From assembly GCA_963702095.1 (NCBI GenBank), contig OY969706.1:2080001-2144000 (forward strand): a stretch of DNA of 64,000 nt, given 5' to 3'. The stretch is from Candidatus Bathyarchaeota archaeon (GTDB taxonomy: Archaea > Thermoproteota > Bathyarchaeia > Bathyarchaeales > Bathycorpusculaceae). Shown here piece after piece: positions 29,868 to 40,184 of the stretch (position 1 is its first letter; every line of letters begins with the position of its first letter). The notes beneath the pieces are model-generated. The model ran no database searches, was not told where the DNA came from, and was given only the letters and a program-made list of their open reading frames with translations. A program made the translations under genes and the position numbers.

Positions 29868-31426
29868 TTATTTGACCATAGTTATGGTCACGTCGTCGAT
29901 GTAGATTGCTGCTGCTGATGACATGCCTTGGCTGATGAACTGGAATCTAAAGTTGCTGGTGAAGGCTGGATTGTTAGGTATTACCACTGTGTATTGATGC
30001 CATTCGTTGGCTGAGTACTTGCTGGTATCGCCCAAGTTTACACCTAGATTTATCCAGTTTACACTGTTGTAGTTGCTTGTGACGGTTACTCCGTATCGTA
30101 TCTGGAAGTTGCTTGGCTGCACATACTGGTTGATCATGAACTGGAAGGTTACCGTGACGTATTTTGCTCCGGTGGCGTCCTGTGGGCTGCTGGAAAACGC
30201 GCCTTGGTTGCTTTGCACTGACCGTACACAATCGGGTGCGCTGTGATATGTACCTGTGTAAACATTCCACGGCGGGTTAGTCCAGTAGTTCCAGCCTTGA
30301 TCCCATTGTTGCCCGTCAAATCCGGTGGTAGCAGGCAGTTCGGTGGTGGCTTCTGGGTTGCTGATGGTGAATGTTGTGCTTACTGAAGCGTAGTTTGAAG
30401 CTGAAGCGGTTAGCGTCGGTGACCCTGCAGCTGCGGCTTTATAGTACACGTTGGCGTAGCTGCTGCCGCTGTTTATGGTTATCGAGGTTATAGCTGCGGC
30501 GCAGTATTGGTCTGAGTAGAATGTTCCAGCAGTTGCATCTAAGCTGACGGTTGTACTGCCACTTGTTATTGCTGAACCGCTGGAGGTTTGGCGTTGTATC
30601 CTGATTTGTCCCGAAGGCTCACCGACTAGCATAGATTCGCCTGTGCCCTGTGTCATTACTAGCTTGTTAGAAGTTGATGGAATAAAGTTGGCGGTTATGG
30701 TACCGGCGCCGGCTTGGTTAGCAGTTGCTGTGGTTGAGGCTGAATTGGGGTTCGCGAATGTTATGCCGTCACTTGAGGTCCATGATGAGAAGACATAGTT
30801 GGTGCTGGGCTGAGCAGATATAGATGTTGGAGTGCCCAATGTGAATGGTTGTGTCCCTGAAGGGGTCGTGGTTCCGCTTGCTGTGGGGTTTACCGCGAAA
30901 GTTACTTGCATTTGATTGGGTGCATTTGTCGGTGAAGGCGTTGGACTTGAAGAACTGCTTGAGCTTGAACTCGAGCCCGAACTTGATGAGCTTTGCGTTG
31001 CATGAAGGTGCCTTCGATGGTGACTATTTTGATTCTTATGTGGTCAACAGGGCTGTAGATGAAATCTGTGACTACTTCTGCTGTCTGTCCTACGTTGATG
31101 GGTATTAAGCCGCCTGGGCTGATTGCCGTTCCCGAAGGACTCTCGATGATATTGTAGAGGGTGTCGTTGACGTATACGCTGCCGTCCTGTTTAAGATGCG
31201 CTATTCCTTGACCAGTGTTCTGAACGTAGACGACTAGGTTGCCGTTAGATGCGTAGCTCTGGATTTGGATGGCGTTGCCGGCTTGCGTTGTTTTGCCGCC
31301 TAAGAAACCCATGACCCACGCGTAAGCGACAAGTGAAGCCACTACGGCTATTGCAATCATTAGTAGAACTGAGATTACTGGGGAAATTGCTTTGACTGAA
31401 CGTCGAATCTTTGTTATTTTTCGCAA
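29868..31426 (-). CDS. Type IV pilin fused to Ig-like and putative glycan-binding domains (frameshift near 30990)
   Basis: KA|ISPVISVLLMIAIAV pilin N-terminus. The alternative frame continues through a Ser-rich linker into ORF 29868-30911 (YVFSSW repeat, Trp-rich beta domain ending YIDDVTI). Confidence 0.8.
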
Positions 31427-31744
31427 AAATTTTTTCTCCTAAAAGTTTGGCTATCTAAAAAGTTAGCGCTTTATTGAGAAACCCTTTGATGTTTTGGGTA
31501 TTTAAGCTAGGATAGAACAAACTTCCACTTGATTTGAAAAAAGTCAGAAGCCTTTCGAGGGTTGATTTCGTTTCTAAAGATTTAGGACTAAAAAAGAAAA
31601 AAGTTGTTTAGGGTGTGTAGGTGACTACAACCCATACTTGAGTGCATTCCGCATAAGTAAAGTCTGAACCCCACCAACTGCCGCTATCATGTGATCTAAG
31701 TCCAACGCCGATTTGCAGGTTATTAATGTCAGCCCATGTCCAAG

Positions 31745-31803
31745 CGCCGCCGCCTCAAGCAGTCTCGTGGTGCCCCGCAAACCCCCACACCCACATAAAG
31801 AGA
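31745..31803 (-). repeat. Repeat family A, copy 2 (head only)
   Basis: 59 nt with 1 mismatch to 23995-24053, inverted. Confidence 0.88.
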
Positions 31804-31893
31804 CAAAACAATTTTGCTTTTTTAAAAAAGAAACAACAAAAAACGCAGCCGAGACGGCGTAATTCCTTTTAAACCTTCCCTGCATATTAGTGT

Positions 31894-32604
31894 GTGAGGA
31901 ATCAAGTTATGTTTATTGAGCAGACCCCTGAAGCGAACACGGTGTTTTTTGTTTGGCTAAACCAGTACAGCGGCATCCTGCTAAAAACCCCCACAGATAC
32001 GTTGGTCATTGACCCCGTGGACGTTAAAGCAAAAAAACTAGGTAAACTCGACGCAGTTTTAATCACCCATGAACACTACGACCACCTCGACCCGCCCCTA
32101 ATCATGGAAATCCAAAAACAAACCGGGTGCAAAGTAGTCGCCGACGCCGCCTCCACAAAAAAACTCGCCCACCTCCTACCCACCGATAAACTCCAAGAAA
32201 TCAAACCCGGCGACCAAACCAAAATCGGCGCAGTCACCATAAAAGCAGAAAAAAGCAATCACCCCGCACAAGCCCCAGTCACCTACATCATCACAAGCAT
32301 AGATGGCGTCAAAATCTATCATACCTCTGACAGCCTGCCATTCCCCGAGTTAGCGTCGATGGCGCAACAGGAACCATTCGACGTGGTCTTCTGTACCGTC
32401 GGCATCGCTCCTGGCGCGACTTTCGAAACTGGTTTTGAAATCGCGCGTTTAACCAAGCCGCCGCTTGTCGTGCCCTATCATACCGCGTCGGTGCAGAGCC
32501 AAACCATGTTCGAGGAACTCGTCAAACGTGACCTCCGCATGACCACCTGCTTGATTCCCCAGCAAAACAAAATCTACCAAATCACCAAGAGGCAAACCCC
32601 ATGA
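31894..32604 (+). CDS. MBL-fold metallo-hydrolase
   Basis: IDP, THEHYDH, NH, YHTSD, PYH. Confidence 0.9.
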   Translation: MRNQVMFIEQTPEANTVFFVWLNQYSGILLKTPTDTLVIDPVDVKAKKLGKLDAVLITHEHYDHLDPPLIMEIQKQTGCKVVADAASTKKLAHLLPTDKLQEIKPGDQTKIGAVTIKAEKSNHPAQAPVTYIITSIDGVKIYHTSDSLPFPELASMAQQEPFDVVFCTVGIAPGATFETGFEIARLTKPPLVVPYHTASVQSQTMFEELVKRDLRMTTCLIPQQNKIYQITKRQTP

Positions 32605-33227
32605 CACAAAAAGCAGCTTTAGACAAAAAAGAGCGCATGGCAAACATCCTCTTAAAAATCGACGCCGTCAAATTCGGCGTATACAAGCTTTCCACTGGCA
32701 AAGCAAGCCCCTACTACATCGACCTCCGTGTCATCCCCAGTTTCCCCGACGCCTACAGAGAAATCTGCGACTTCTACACCCAGACCATCACCGCACAAAT
32801 CGGCTTAGAAAACTTTGACCGCATTGCAGGCATCCCACTCGCCGGGCTACCCTTCGCCAGCCAAATCGCCTACAACCTCAAAAAACCCTTCCTCTACGTC
32901 CGCAAAGGAATCAAACTCCAAGGACGCCAACGCCGAGTAGAAGGCATACTCATTTCAGGCGACCGCGTTCTAATTGTCGACGACTTACTCACCACCGCTG
33001 TAACACTCAAAACCGCTGTGGAAGCTGTCCGCGCAGAAGGAGGCGTAGTCACCGATGCAGTTGTGTTTTTGGATCGTGAGGAAGGGGGAAGAGAGATGCT
33101 TGAAAAAGAAGGCGTGAAATTGACTGCGCTGCTTAAGATAAGTGAAGTTGCACGTTCCCTCTACGAAATCGGTGGGTTGGACCAGGAAAGCTTGAGGACG
33201 ATTCTAAAACAGGTAAAGAAGCCGTAG
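32601..33227 (+). CDS. pyrE: Orotate phosphoribosyltransferase
   Basis: KLSTGKASPYYIDLR, YVRK, IVDDLLTT, DREEGG. Confidence 0.93.
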   Translation: MTQKAALDKKERMANILLKIDAVKFGVYKLSTGKASPYYIDLRVIPSFPDAYREICDFYTQTITAQIGLENFDRIAGIPLAGLPFASQIAYNLKKPFLYVRKGIKLQGRQRRVEGILISGDRVLIVDDLLTTAVTLKTAVEAVRAEGGVVTDAVVFLDREEGGREMLEKEGVKLTALLKISEVARSLYEIGGLDQESLRTILKQVKKP

Positions 33228-33233
33228 TTGATT

Positions 33234-33794
33234 CTACTCGTAAAAGATCAAGCTGTATTCTTTTAGCAGCAAATGCAGTTTATCAACTGCGCCATAGACA
33301 TCTTGCTCTCTTTTGGCGCCGGTGCACACGAGTTTTCCACTGGCGAAAAGCAAAACAACCACTTTAGGTTCTTCCATGCGGTAAATTAACCCGGGAAACT
33401 GTTCAGGCTCATACATCGCGTGCCCCAACGAGTACGCGGCTTTTTCAAGGTCAATCATGCCGCCGAGTCCTCCTGAAGCAACGATGTTTTGGATTTTAAG
33501 TTCAGGTTTACTTATGATGATTATGCCGCCCTTTTTGAGTTCTTTAACCACTTTCATCACGGCGCGTTTGGCTTCTTTTTCAGATTTTGCGCCTGTGCAG
33601 ACCATTTTGCCAGAATTAAAGATTAAAGTGGCGGTTTTTGGGCGTTTGAGGCGGAAAACTAAACCGGGGAACTGTTCTGGGTGGTATTCGACGCCGGGGT
33701 AGCCTTTTACAACAGAGTTGAGGTCGACTTTCTGGTTAAGTGTTGCCGAAGCGACCACGTTCTCTATGCTTATCGAGGCTTTACCTTCTGGCAA
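33234..33794 (-). CDS. tbp: TATA-binding protein
   Basis: Two repeats NVVAS...YxPEQFPGL..R...LIF.SGKMVCTGAK. Confidence 0.98.
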   Translation of the reverse strand: MPEGKASISIENVVASATLNQKVDLNSVVKGYPGVEYHPEQFPGLVFRLKRPKTATLIFNSGKMVCTGAKSEKEAKRAVMKVVKELKKGGIIIISKPELKIQNIVASGGLGGMIDLEKAAYSLGHAMYEPEQFPGLIYRMEEPKVVVLLFASGKLVCTGAKREQDVYGAVDKLHLLLKEYSLIFYE

Positions 33795-33859
33795 TAAATT
33801 CTCCCCTGCTATACCCGCTGTTAAGTATTCTTATTCCATATCTTTGTTAATAAATACAT

Positions 33860-34545
33860 CTATACCTGTATGCCTTCATGTTTTTGTTGTTGCTCAAGCC
33901 CCTTCTTCTTTTTGGCTTTTGTAATCGGCAAAATAAACTGCAAAATAATAATCAGGACTATAACGCCGACCACTGTAGGGAGAAACCAAGAGTTGGCGTT
34001 CATAAACAGAGTTATCCAGCCAAGATAGGGTATCCGCATAACTACTCTGCCCAACACCTGATCCTGTGATACTCCTTGTCCCGTAGTCCAGAGAGTGTTA
34101 GAGTCGTATTGGGAAGAATTCACTGAGTTGGCCAAGGTATACAGTTACCGTCGCCTTTAGTTTGAAAATACAGTGTGCCGTTGATAGTGTACTCTGCGAC
34201 TATGCGATGGACAATCGGGGTGGCTTTTAAATTGCCCATTACGGCGGGGTTCTGGTAAACGATTATGTCACTGTTTGGGTAATTGGCGTTGAGGTCTTTT
34301 GGGTCTACTTGTTGGATTATGATTACGTCCCCGACATGCAGGGTTGGTTCAAAAGGGTGGCTCCAACCGTCACATCCATCAGTATTGGTGCACATGCTTC
34401 CGCTTTCCACCACACGGATGGGCACTGAAGTCCCAAGCACCAGTCCTAAAGCCAAAAAAGAAGCGATCACAATGGCGATGACCAAGACGAGTGTGACCAG
34501 GACTGTGAAGGAATCGCTTTTTAGGAACTTGCGTAGTTGGGGCAC
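33860..34545 (-). CDS. Signal peptidase I, Sec11-type (frameshift near 34130)
   Basis: VESGSM, GD.III, IVHRI, TKGDGN, G.V..RIPYLGW. Confidence 0.88.
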
Positions 34546-34658
34546 TTTTTGGGTTCACCGAAGATAAATATCCTTGTTTATCTGGGGGTTTAAAACTACC
34601 GCTCCTAAAAAAGAAAAAATAGAGTGCTCTAGAGAATGGCACTTTAACAGATGGGGGT

Positions 34659-34829
34659 TTAGATTTTCTGTTTACTTAACACTTCACGGAACACGTTGCC
34701 GCATTTGGGGCATTCATAAAGGCCGATTTCTAGTTGCATGCGTTTACCCGCTTTGTCTGGGCGGCCTGCCATTTTCCATGTTTTCTTTGGTTGTGCAACG
34801 TCGGTTCCACATTTTGGACATTTTGCCAT
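34659..34829 (-). CDS. Cren7-like chromatin protein, Zn-ribbon type (56 aa)
   Basis: MAKCPKCGTDVAQPKKTWKMAGRPDKAGKRMQLEIGLYECPKCGNVFREVLSKQKI, with the P.K.W...IGL..P..G..FR Cren7 pattern. Not in ORF track. Confidence 0.8.
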   Translation of the reverse strand: MAKCPKCGTDVAQPKKTWKMAGRPDKAGKRMQLEIGLYECPKCGNVFREVLSKQKI

Positions 34830-35147
34830 AAGTCGTTTATCTCCGTGTTATCGCTTTGAAGGCATTCGCCTGATTGGATAAAAAAGTTTCCATAGTATTC
34901 TCATAGATAATGGGTTTTGCTTCATAGAAATTAGACATCTTTATGTTTACGCCATGGAAAGCCGATAAAGGAAATGTCGAAAACGCCGATGCGATCATGG
35001 GCGATTCATCAGGAACAGAGTCAATAAATCAGGCAAACCTCAAAAACATATTGCCAAATTATGCTCGTAAACGGTGCATATGCGCCCTAACATTTTTTAT
35101 AGCACAACACAGGCTTATGTTCTAATCAGTTCGAGGTTCAATTTGTA

Positions 35148-38024
35148 TTGCAGGCAACATTGGAAACCGCTTTTGAAATGCTTGTAAAGCCAGTGCGACG
35201 GCTAGTTGAGCAGAAGGGATTCTCTAAACCCACCGAGCCCCAAGAAAAAGTGATACCTAAAATCCTCGACGGCAAAAACGTGCTGTTAATCTCTCCAACC
35301 GCCACAGGCAAAACCGAAGCTGCTTTTCTGCCTGTGCTTAGCATGCTTTTGCAGCAACCCAAGACTCCGGGCATAAAAGTGCTCTACATCACGCCGCTGC
35401 GGGCACTTAACCGGGACCTAATGGAGCGGCTGCAATGGTGGTGCAACAACCTCGACATAAAACTGGCAGTGCGCCACGGCGACACCGAGCAGAAGGAGCG
35501 CACACGCCAAAGCCAATGCCCCCCAGACATCCTCATAACTACACCTGAAACCCTCCAAGCCATACTCTCCGGTTGGCTGTTGCGGCAGCATCTTCAAGCC
35601 CTCAAATGGGTTGTCATTGATGAGGTGCATGAGTTAGCGGATACTAAACGGGGTAGTCAGCTGTCGCTGGCGCTTGAACGCATCCGCGGTTTAATCGGCA
35701 GAGAATTCCAAACCGTAGGCTTATCCGCCACTGTGGGTAGCCCCGAAAAAGTCGCGCAGTTCCTCGTTGGCAGCCAGCGCCCTGTCGAGATCGTGCGGGT
35801 GTCAGTGGCTAAGATGGTGAAGCTGCAGGTGATTTATCCTAAACCCACCGAAGAGGATGTGCAGTTTGCAGGCAAAATCTATACGCACCCCGAAGTGGCG
35901 GCTAGGTTAAGGATTATCCGCGATTATATGTCTAAGCGTAAATCGGTTTTGCTTTTTACTAATACGCGTTCTGTCAGTGAGGTTTTGGCTTCGCGTTTCA
36001 AGGTTTGGGATGTTGATTTCCCGATTTCTATTCATCATGGTTCTTTGGCGAAGCCCAGCCGCATCGCCGCTGAAACGGGGCTCAGACGCGGGGACCTCAA
36101 GGGGTTAATCGCCACCAGCAGCCTCGAATTGGGCATCGACGTTGGACACATCGACTTGGTCATTCAATATATGAGTCCAAGGCAGGTGTCTAGACTTATT
36201 CAGCGTGTGGGCAGGGCAGGGCACACCTACGGCAACCTATCTGAGGGCTTAATCATTGGCATGGACTCCGATGACACACTTGAAGCGCTGGTTATTGCCA
36301 GACGGGCATTACAGGAGCAACTCGAACCCATCGCAATACCCGACAAACCCTATGATGTGTTGACTCATCAAATCGCTGGGTTACTGCTCAAAAACAGGCG
36401 CCTGACCTTCCAAGAAATCCTTGACATATGCAGAAAAGCTGCCCCATTTCAGAACCTAACCATCGCCGATATAGAAAAAATCATCAAGTACATGCATGGA
36501 CGCTTTCCACGTTTGGCATGGGCATCCATCGAAGACCAAGTGGTCCTAAAACCCCAACGTACCAAAGCACTCTTCGAATACTATTTTGACAATCTCTCCA
36601 TGATTCCGGAGGAGAAACAGTTTTTAGTTATCGATGAAACCTCGGATTCATCCATAGGCGTCCTCGACGAGGCGTTTATGGCTGAATATGGGAAACCAGG
36701 CACCAAATTCATCATTCGCGGCAGTCCATGGCAAATCATCCATGCCACCGAAGAAAAAGTTTACGTGCGCCCAGTCGACGACCCCACAGGCAGCATACCT
36801 AGCTGGATAGGCGAAGAAATCCCCGTGCCCTATGAAGTGGCGCAGGAACTCGCGGAGATCCGGGGCTTCGTGGAAGAGGAAACCCACCGTGGCTGTTCGC
36901 CCCAACAGATTAGCGAGTCACTTTCACAGCGTTACCCCGCTGACCCAGAGAACATTTTGCATGCGCTCGCAGAGACCGTGGAGCAGGTGCACAGCGGTTT
37001 CCCAGTGCCTACGCCACAGCGGATTGTGGTTGAAGACTGGGGAGAATTCATAATTGTCCACTCTAACTTTGGCTCACTGACCAATAGGGCTTTGGCGCAG
37101 CTTCTGGGGCAGGTACTCTCCGATAAGTTCGGCCGCGGCATAGTCGTGCAGCATGACCCCTACCGCATATTTGTGCAGACCATGGGCACCATGACTGCCG
37201 ACCGCCTCGTCGAAGTCCTAAAAGAAATCAAAGCCCTCCCCGAACAAGTCATCCGCAGCACCCTGACAATGTCAACGGTGAAGACAGGCTTATTCAAACG
37301 TCGAGTCATACAGGTCGCCCGCCGCTTCGGAGCGCTCAAGAAGTGGGCTGACTTCGGCAACATCAGTTTACAAAAACTGATCAGCAGTTTCGAGGGCACC
37401 CCCATCTATGAGGAGGGCCTCAAAGAGGTTTTCAGCAAAGACCTTGACGCCGACGGCTTAGTCATGGTTCTTGGGCGCCTCCGCGATGGTAACGTGCGGT
37501 TGCAGGTGGTGGATACAGGCGGCAACGCGACGCCAGTGGCACGTGTCGGCATTGAACGGGTCAGCATGAAAACCGACCTTATCCCGCCTGAACAGATGCG
37601 TGCCGTCTTGGTTGAATCTGCCAAAGCACGCTTACTTAACGAAACAGGCAACTTTGTATGCACTGCCTGCTGGGATTACATGCAACTAATCCGCATAAAA
37701 GACCTTCCCGACAAGCCCAAGTGCCCCAACTGCGGTTCCGCAGCCATCGGATTGCTAAAGGTTGAAGAGGAAAAAGCCATGGGCTTGCTTGAAAAGAAAG
37801 GGGAACACTTAGCTAAAAATGAGGAGCGAATGCGCAGCCATGCCAAACAGACCGCGGAGTTAATCGAGCGGTATGGCAAGGTGGCGGCGGTTGGTTTGAG
37901 TGCAAGGCGTGTTTCGGCAGCGGATATTTTGGGTGTTTTAGAGAAGGAACCGAAGCTTTCAGACAAGTTTTACGAGTTGGTTTTGGAAGCTGAGCGTAAG
38001 GCATTGAGCAGACGTTTCAGGTAA
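35148..38024 (+). CDS. lhr: Lhr-family SF2 helicase
   Basis: PTATGKT, TPLRAL, DEVH, SAT, HHGSL, SSLELGID, QRVGRAGH, C-terminal Zn finger. Confidence 0.95.
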   Translation: MQATLETAFEMLVKPVRRLVEQKGFSKPTEPQEKVIPKILDGKNVLLISPTATGKTEAAFLPVLSMLLQQPKTPGIKVLYITPLRALNRDLMERLQWWCNNLDIKLAVRHGDTEQKERTRQSQCPPDILITTPETLQAILSGWLLRQHLQALKWVVIDEVHELADTKRGSQLSLALERIRGLIGREFQTVGLSATVGSPEKVAQFLVGSQRPVEIVRVSVAKMVKLQVIYPKPTEEDVQFAGKIYTHPEVAARLRIIRDYMSKRKSVLLFTNTRSVSEVLASRFKVWDVDFPISIHHGSLAKPSRIAAETGLRRGDLKGLIATSSLELGIDVGHIDLVIQYMSPRQVSRLIQRVGRAGHTYGNLSEGLIIGMDSDDTLEALVIARRALQEQLEPIAIPDKPYDVLTHQIAGLLLKNRRLTFQEILDICRKAAPFQNLTIADIEKIIKYMHGRFPRLAWASIEDQVVLKPQRTKALFEYYFDNLSMIPEEKQFLVIDETSDSSIGVLDEAFMAEYGKPGTKFIIRGSPWQIIHATEEKVYVRPVDDPTGSIPSWIGEEIPVPYEVAQELAEIRGFVEEETHRGCSPQQISESLSQRYPADPENILHALAETVEQVHSGFPVPTPQRIVVEDWGEFIIVHSNFGSLTNRALAQLLGQVLSDKFGRGIVVQHDPYRIFVQTMGTMTADRLVEVLKEIKALPEQVIRSTLTMSTVKTGLFKRRVIQVARRFGALKKWADFGNISLQKLISSFEGTPIYEEGLKEVFSKDLDADGLVMVLGRLRDGNVRLQVVDTGGNATPVARVGIERVSMKTDLIPPEQMRAVLVESAKARLLNETGNFVCTACWDYMQLIRIKDLPDKPKCPNCGSAAIGLLKVEEEKAMGLLEKKGEHLAKNEERMRSHAKQTAELIERYGKVAAVGLSARRVSAADILGVLEKEPKLSDKFYELVLEAERKALSRRFR

Positions 38025-38074
38025 TGTTGCTTGGAGCCTAAACGATTCGTTAGGGATCAAAATTTGGGCTTTTT

Positions 38075-38205
38075 TTATTTTTATTATTAGATGAAGGCAG
38101 AGTCGCCCTTACTCATCTTCTTCTCGAGGCTTTTAGGGTGGTTTGTTTTTTGTGTTCGGGCTTGAAGTGGCGTTGCTGGCTGGTTGTGGAGACTTTCTCA
38201 AGCAG
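38075..38205 (-). repeat. Repeat family B, copy 3
   Basis: Reverse complement ctgcttgag..ccacaaccagccagcaac..gaacacaaaa..aagaagatgagtaagggc..gccttcatctaata. Between convergent genes. Confidence 0.78.
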
Positions 38206-38272
38206 ACAGCAAACTTTGGAGCCACCATTAAACGCTAAAAGGGAGAGCCAAGTATTTTGGAAGCCTCCGTTC

Positions 38273-39079
38273 CTATGTTTTGCCACTCAAATTCCACTCT
38301 TTGGTCGTGTATTTTTCTTTATAGAGCTTGTTCGCCATCTCTTTTTCTTCGGCTATAAGCTCGCCCACTTCCAACTGTATTTTAAGCATGATACGGAAGC
38401 CCTGAGCTAAGGCGTTGGCGACTGTGTCGGGGCTGATTCTGTGCCCCAATTCAGCTTCGAGGCTGGTGATTTTGCGTTTGGCGATGTCGGCGGCTTGGAT
38501 GCAACTGGCTCCTTTGAGTTGGAGCAGCTGGAACATTTTCGGCAAATCCACGCTCCGTAACAAGGTGCCGTGTTGGAGGACGACGCCGTGGGTGATGGTT
38601 TGGCTGCTGCCGCTGATTTTTTTGCCGTTGACGGTAAGGTTTGGGCAGTTTTTTGCGTCTCCACTGCTAAAGTCTGAGCCTGAGCCCAAAATCCGCAGGG
38701 CATCTCTTACGGCACCGTAGATTTTGGTGTAGACGGCGGTTATGTCGGCGCCTCCTAAATCGGCGGTTTTGGCGACGACTGCGTAGGTGACTTCGCCTTC
38801 GCTGTCATGGTAGACGGTGCCTCCGCCGCTGATACGCCGAACCACATCCACGCCCAACTGCTTTGCCGCGTCGAGGTAGACTTCCGCTTCGGGGTTCTGG
38901 TTTCTGCCCACGCTGACCGCGGAGGGTTGCCAGCGGTAGAGCCTAAGCGTGTTGGGGGCTTTGTCGGCGATGCGGGCTTGGAGGATGGCTTCGTCGATTG
39001 CCATGTTCAATGCGGCATCGTTGGTTGAGAGGGGGAGGTAGCGCCATGTATCCATAGGGTTCACTATGGAGATTACCAC
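38273..39079 (-). CDS. Lipoate-protein ligase A family
   Basis: NMAIDEA, SVGRNQ, VRRISGGGTVYH, KKISGSSQ, QHGTL. Confidence 0.93.
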   Translation of the reverse strand: MVISIVNPMDTWRYLPLSTNDAALNMAIDEAILQARIADKAPNTLRLYRWQPSAVSVGRNQNPEAEVYLDAAKQLGVDVVRRISGGGTVYHDSEGEVTYAVVAKTADLGGADITAVYTKIYGAVRDALRILGSGSDFSSGDAKNCPNLTVNGKKISGSSQTITHGVVLQHGTLLRSVDLPKMFQLLQLKGASCIQAADIAKRKITSLEAELGHRISPDTVANALAQGFRIMLKIQLEVGELIAEEKEMANKLYKEKYTTKEWNLSGKT

Positions 39080-39103
39080 TTAGTTCAACGTTAAAAGCGT
39101 AGC

Positions 39104-39598
39104 CTACTGCCCCTGCTGTTTTACGCGGGCGTTGATGGCTGTAATGTTTTCGTCAACGATTTCCAGCCACTGCTTGTTCTGAGCGGAGTCCAGGCCTTTG
39201 TCGGTGAAAATTTGTTTTGCCCGCATAAGCGCCTCCACTGCTGCGGGTAAGCATCCGAGCGCCGCCAATGCAGTGCCCTGATTCACCTGCGCCATCAACC
39301 ACCTGCCCACATCCGCTGGGTACTTGTCGCCGCATTGATCGTAGAAAACCAACGCCTTATTCGCCGCTGCGAAGCTCTCCAGATGCCTCTCCAACCGCCC
39401 CAACGCACCAGACAAACCCGCATAGCACGAAGCCTCAAAGCGACGGCGGTCAAACTCCGTGGTTTCTGGCAGGGACTGGCAAAGCCGCAATGCCTTGTTG
39501 TAGCATTCAACCGAACCCTCATAGTTACCCTCATGGAAAAGCCGATCGGCGTCTCTGTAAGCGTTCTGCATGTCCCTGATTACATGAGCCATTTTCAT
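39104..39598 (-). CDS. TPR-like helical protein (DUF3856-like)
   Basis: TPR pattern, E.FD...FEA.C.AGLSGAL..L.R... Confidence 0.7.
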   Translation of the reverse strand: MKMAHVIRDMQNAYRDADRLFHEGNYEGSVECYNKALRLCQSLPETTEFDRRRFEASCYAGLSGALGRLERHLESFAAANKALVFYDQCGDKYPADVGRWLMAQVNQGTALAALGCLPAAVEALMRAKQIFTDKGLDSAQNKQWLEIVDENITAINARVKQQGQ

Positions 39599-39715
39599 TA
39601 CTTAATCATGAAGGTTAGTTGCATACCGATTTTATCAATCTTTGTTAACGGCATTAGTACCAACTTTGGATACCTTCTTATTCAACCTGCAGCGTAAGGT
39701 TCTGTAGGTTGTAAG

Positions 39716-39958
39716 ATGGTAGCACGGAAATTTACTGTATTGCTGGAACCCGCAGAAGAGGGCGGCTTTATAGTTAAATCTGTGGAGCTCCCCGTTGCTT
39801 CGGAAGGCGAAACCAAAGATGAAGCCTTGAGCAATATCAAAGAAGCCATCGAGGGTTACCTTGAAGTTAAGGCTAAACTTCTTAACCGCAAAACCAAAGC
39901 TGAAAAGGCTGAAGTTGTTGTCGAAGCTCCCTCTGCTCTCATGGCGTGTTACCGTTAA
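39716..39958 (+). CDS. hicB: HicB-family antitoxin
   Basis: FTVLLEPAEEGGF....ELP..SEGET.DEAL.NIKEAI.GYLE. Confidence 0.9.
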   Translation: MVARKFTVLLEPAEEGGFIVKSVELPVASEGETKDEALSNIKEAIEGYLEVKAKLLNRKTKAEKAEVVVEAPSALMACYR

Positions 39959-40162
39959 GGCACTTTCAAAGCTGGCTTTGAGGTTGCAAGGCAGAAAGGC
40001 AGCCATTTAATTCTTGTGAAAGGAGAGCGTATTGTGCCTGTTCCGAAACATGAGCAAATCAAGAAGGGAGTGCTCTTGGCAATTATTGAAGAGGCAGAGC
40101 TAACGAAAGAGGAATATAGAGCTGCTAAAGTAACTTGCAAAGGTACGAAGATAAAACCTTAA
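39918..40162 (+). CDS. hicA: HicA-family toxin (frameshift near 39968)
   Basis: Manual translation: LSKLPLLSW...VKAL|AGFEVARQKGSHLILVK...VPVPKH..IKKG.L.AI. Confidence 0.78.
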
Positions 40163-40184
40163 AACCTGAACCTGCATCACTAAA

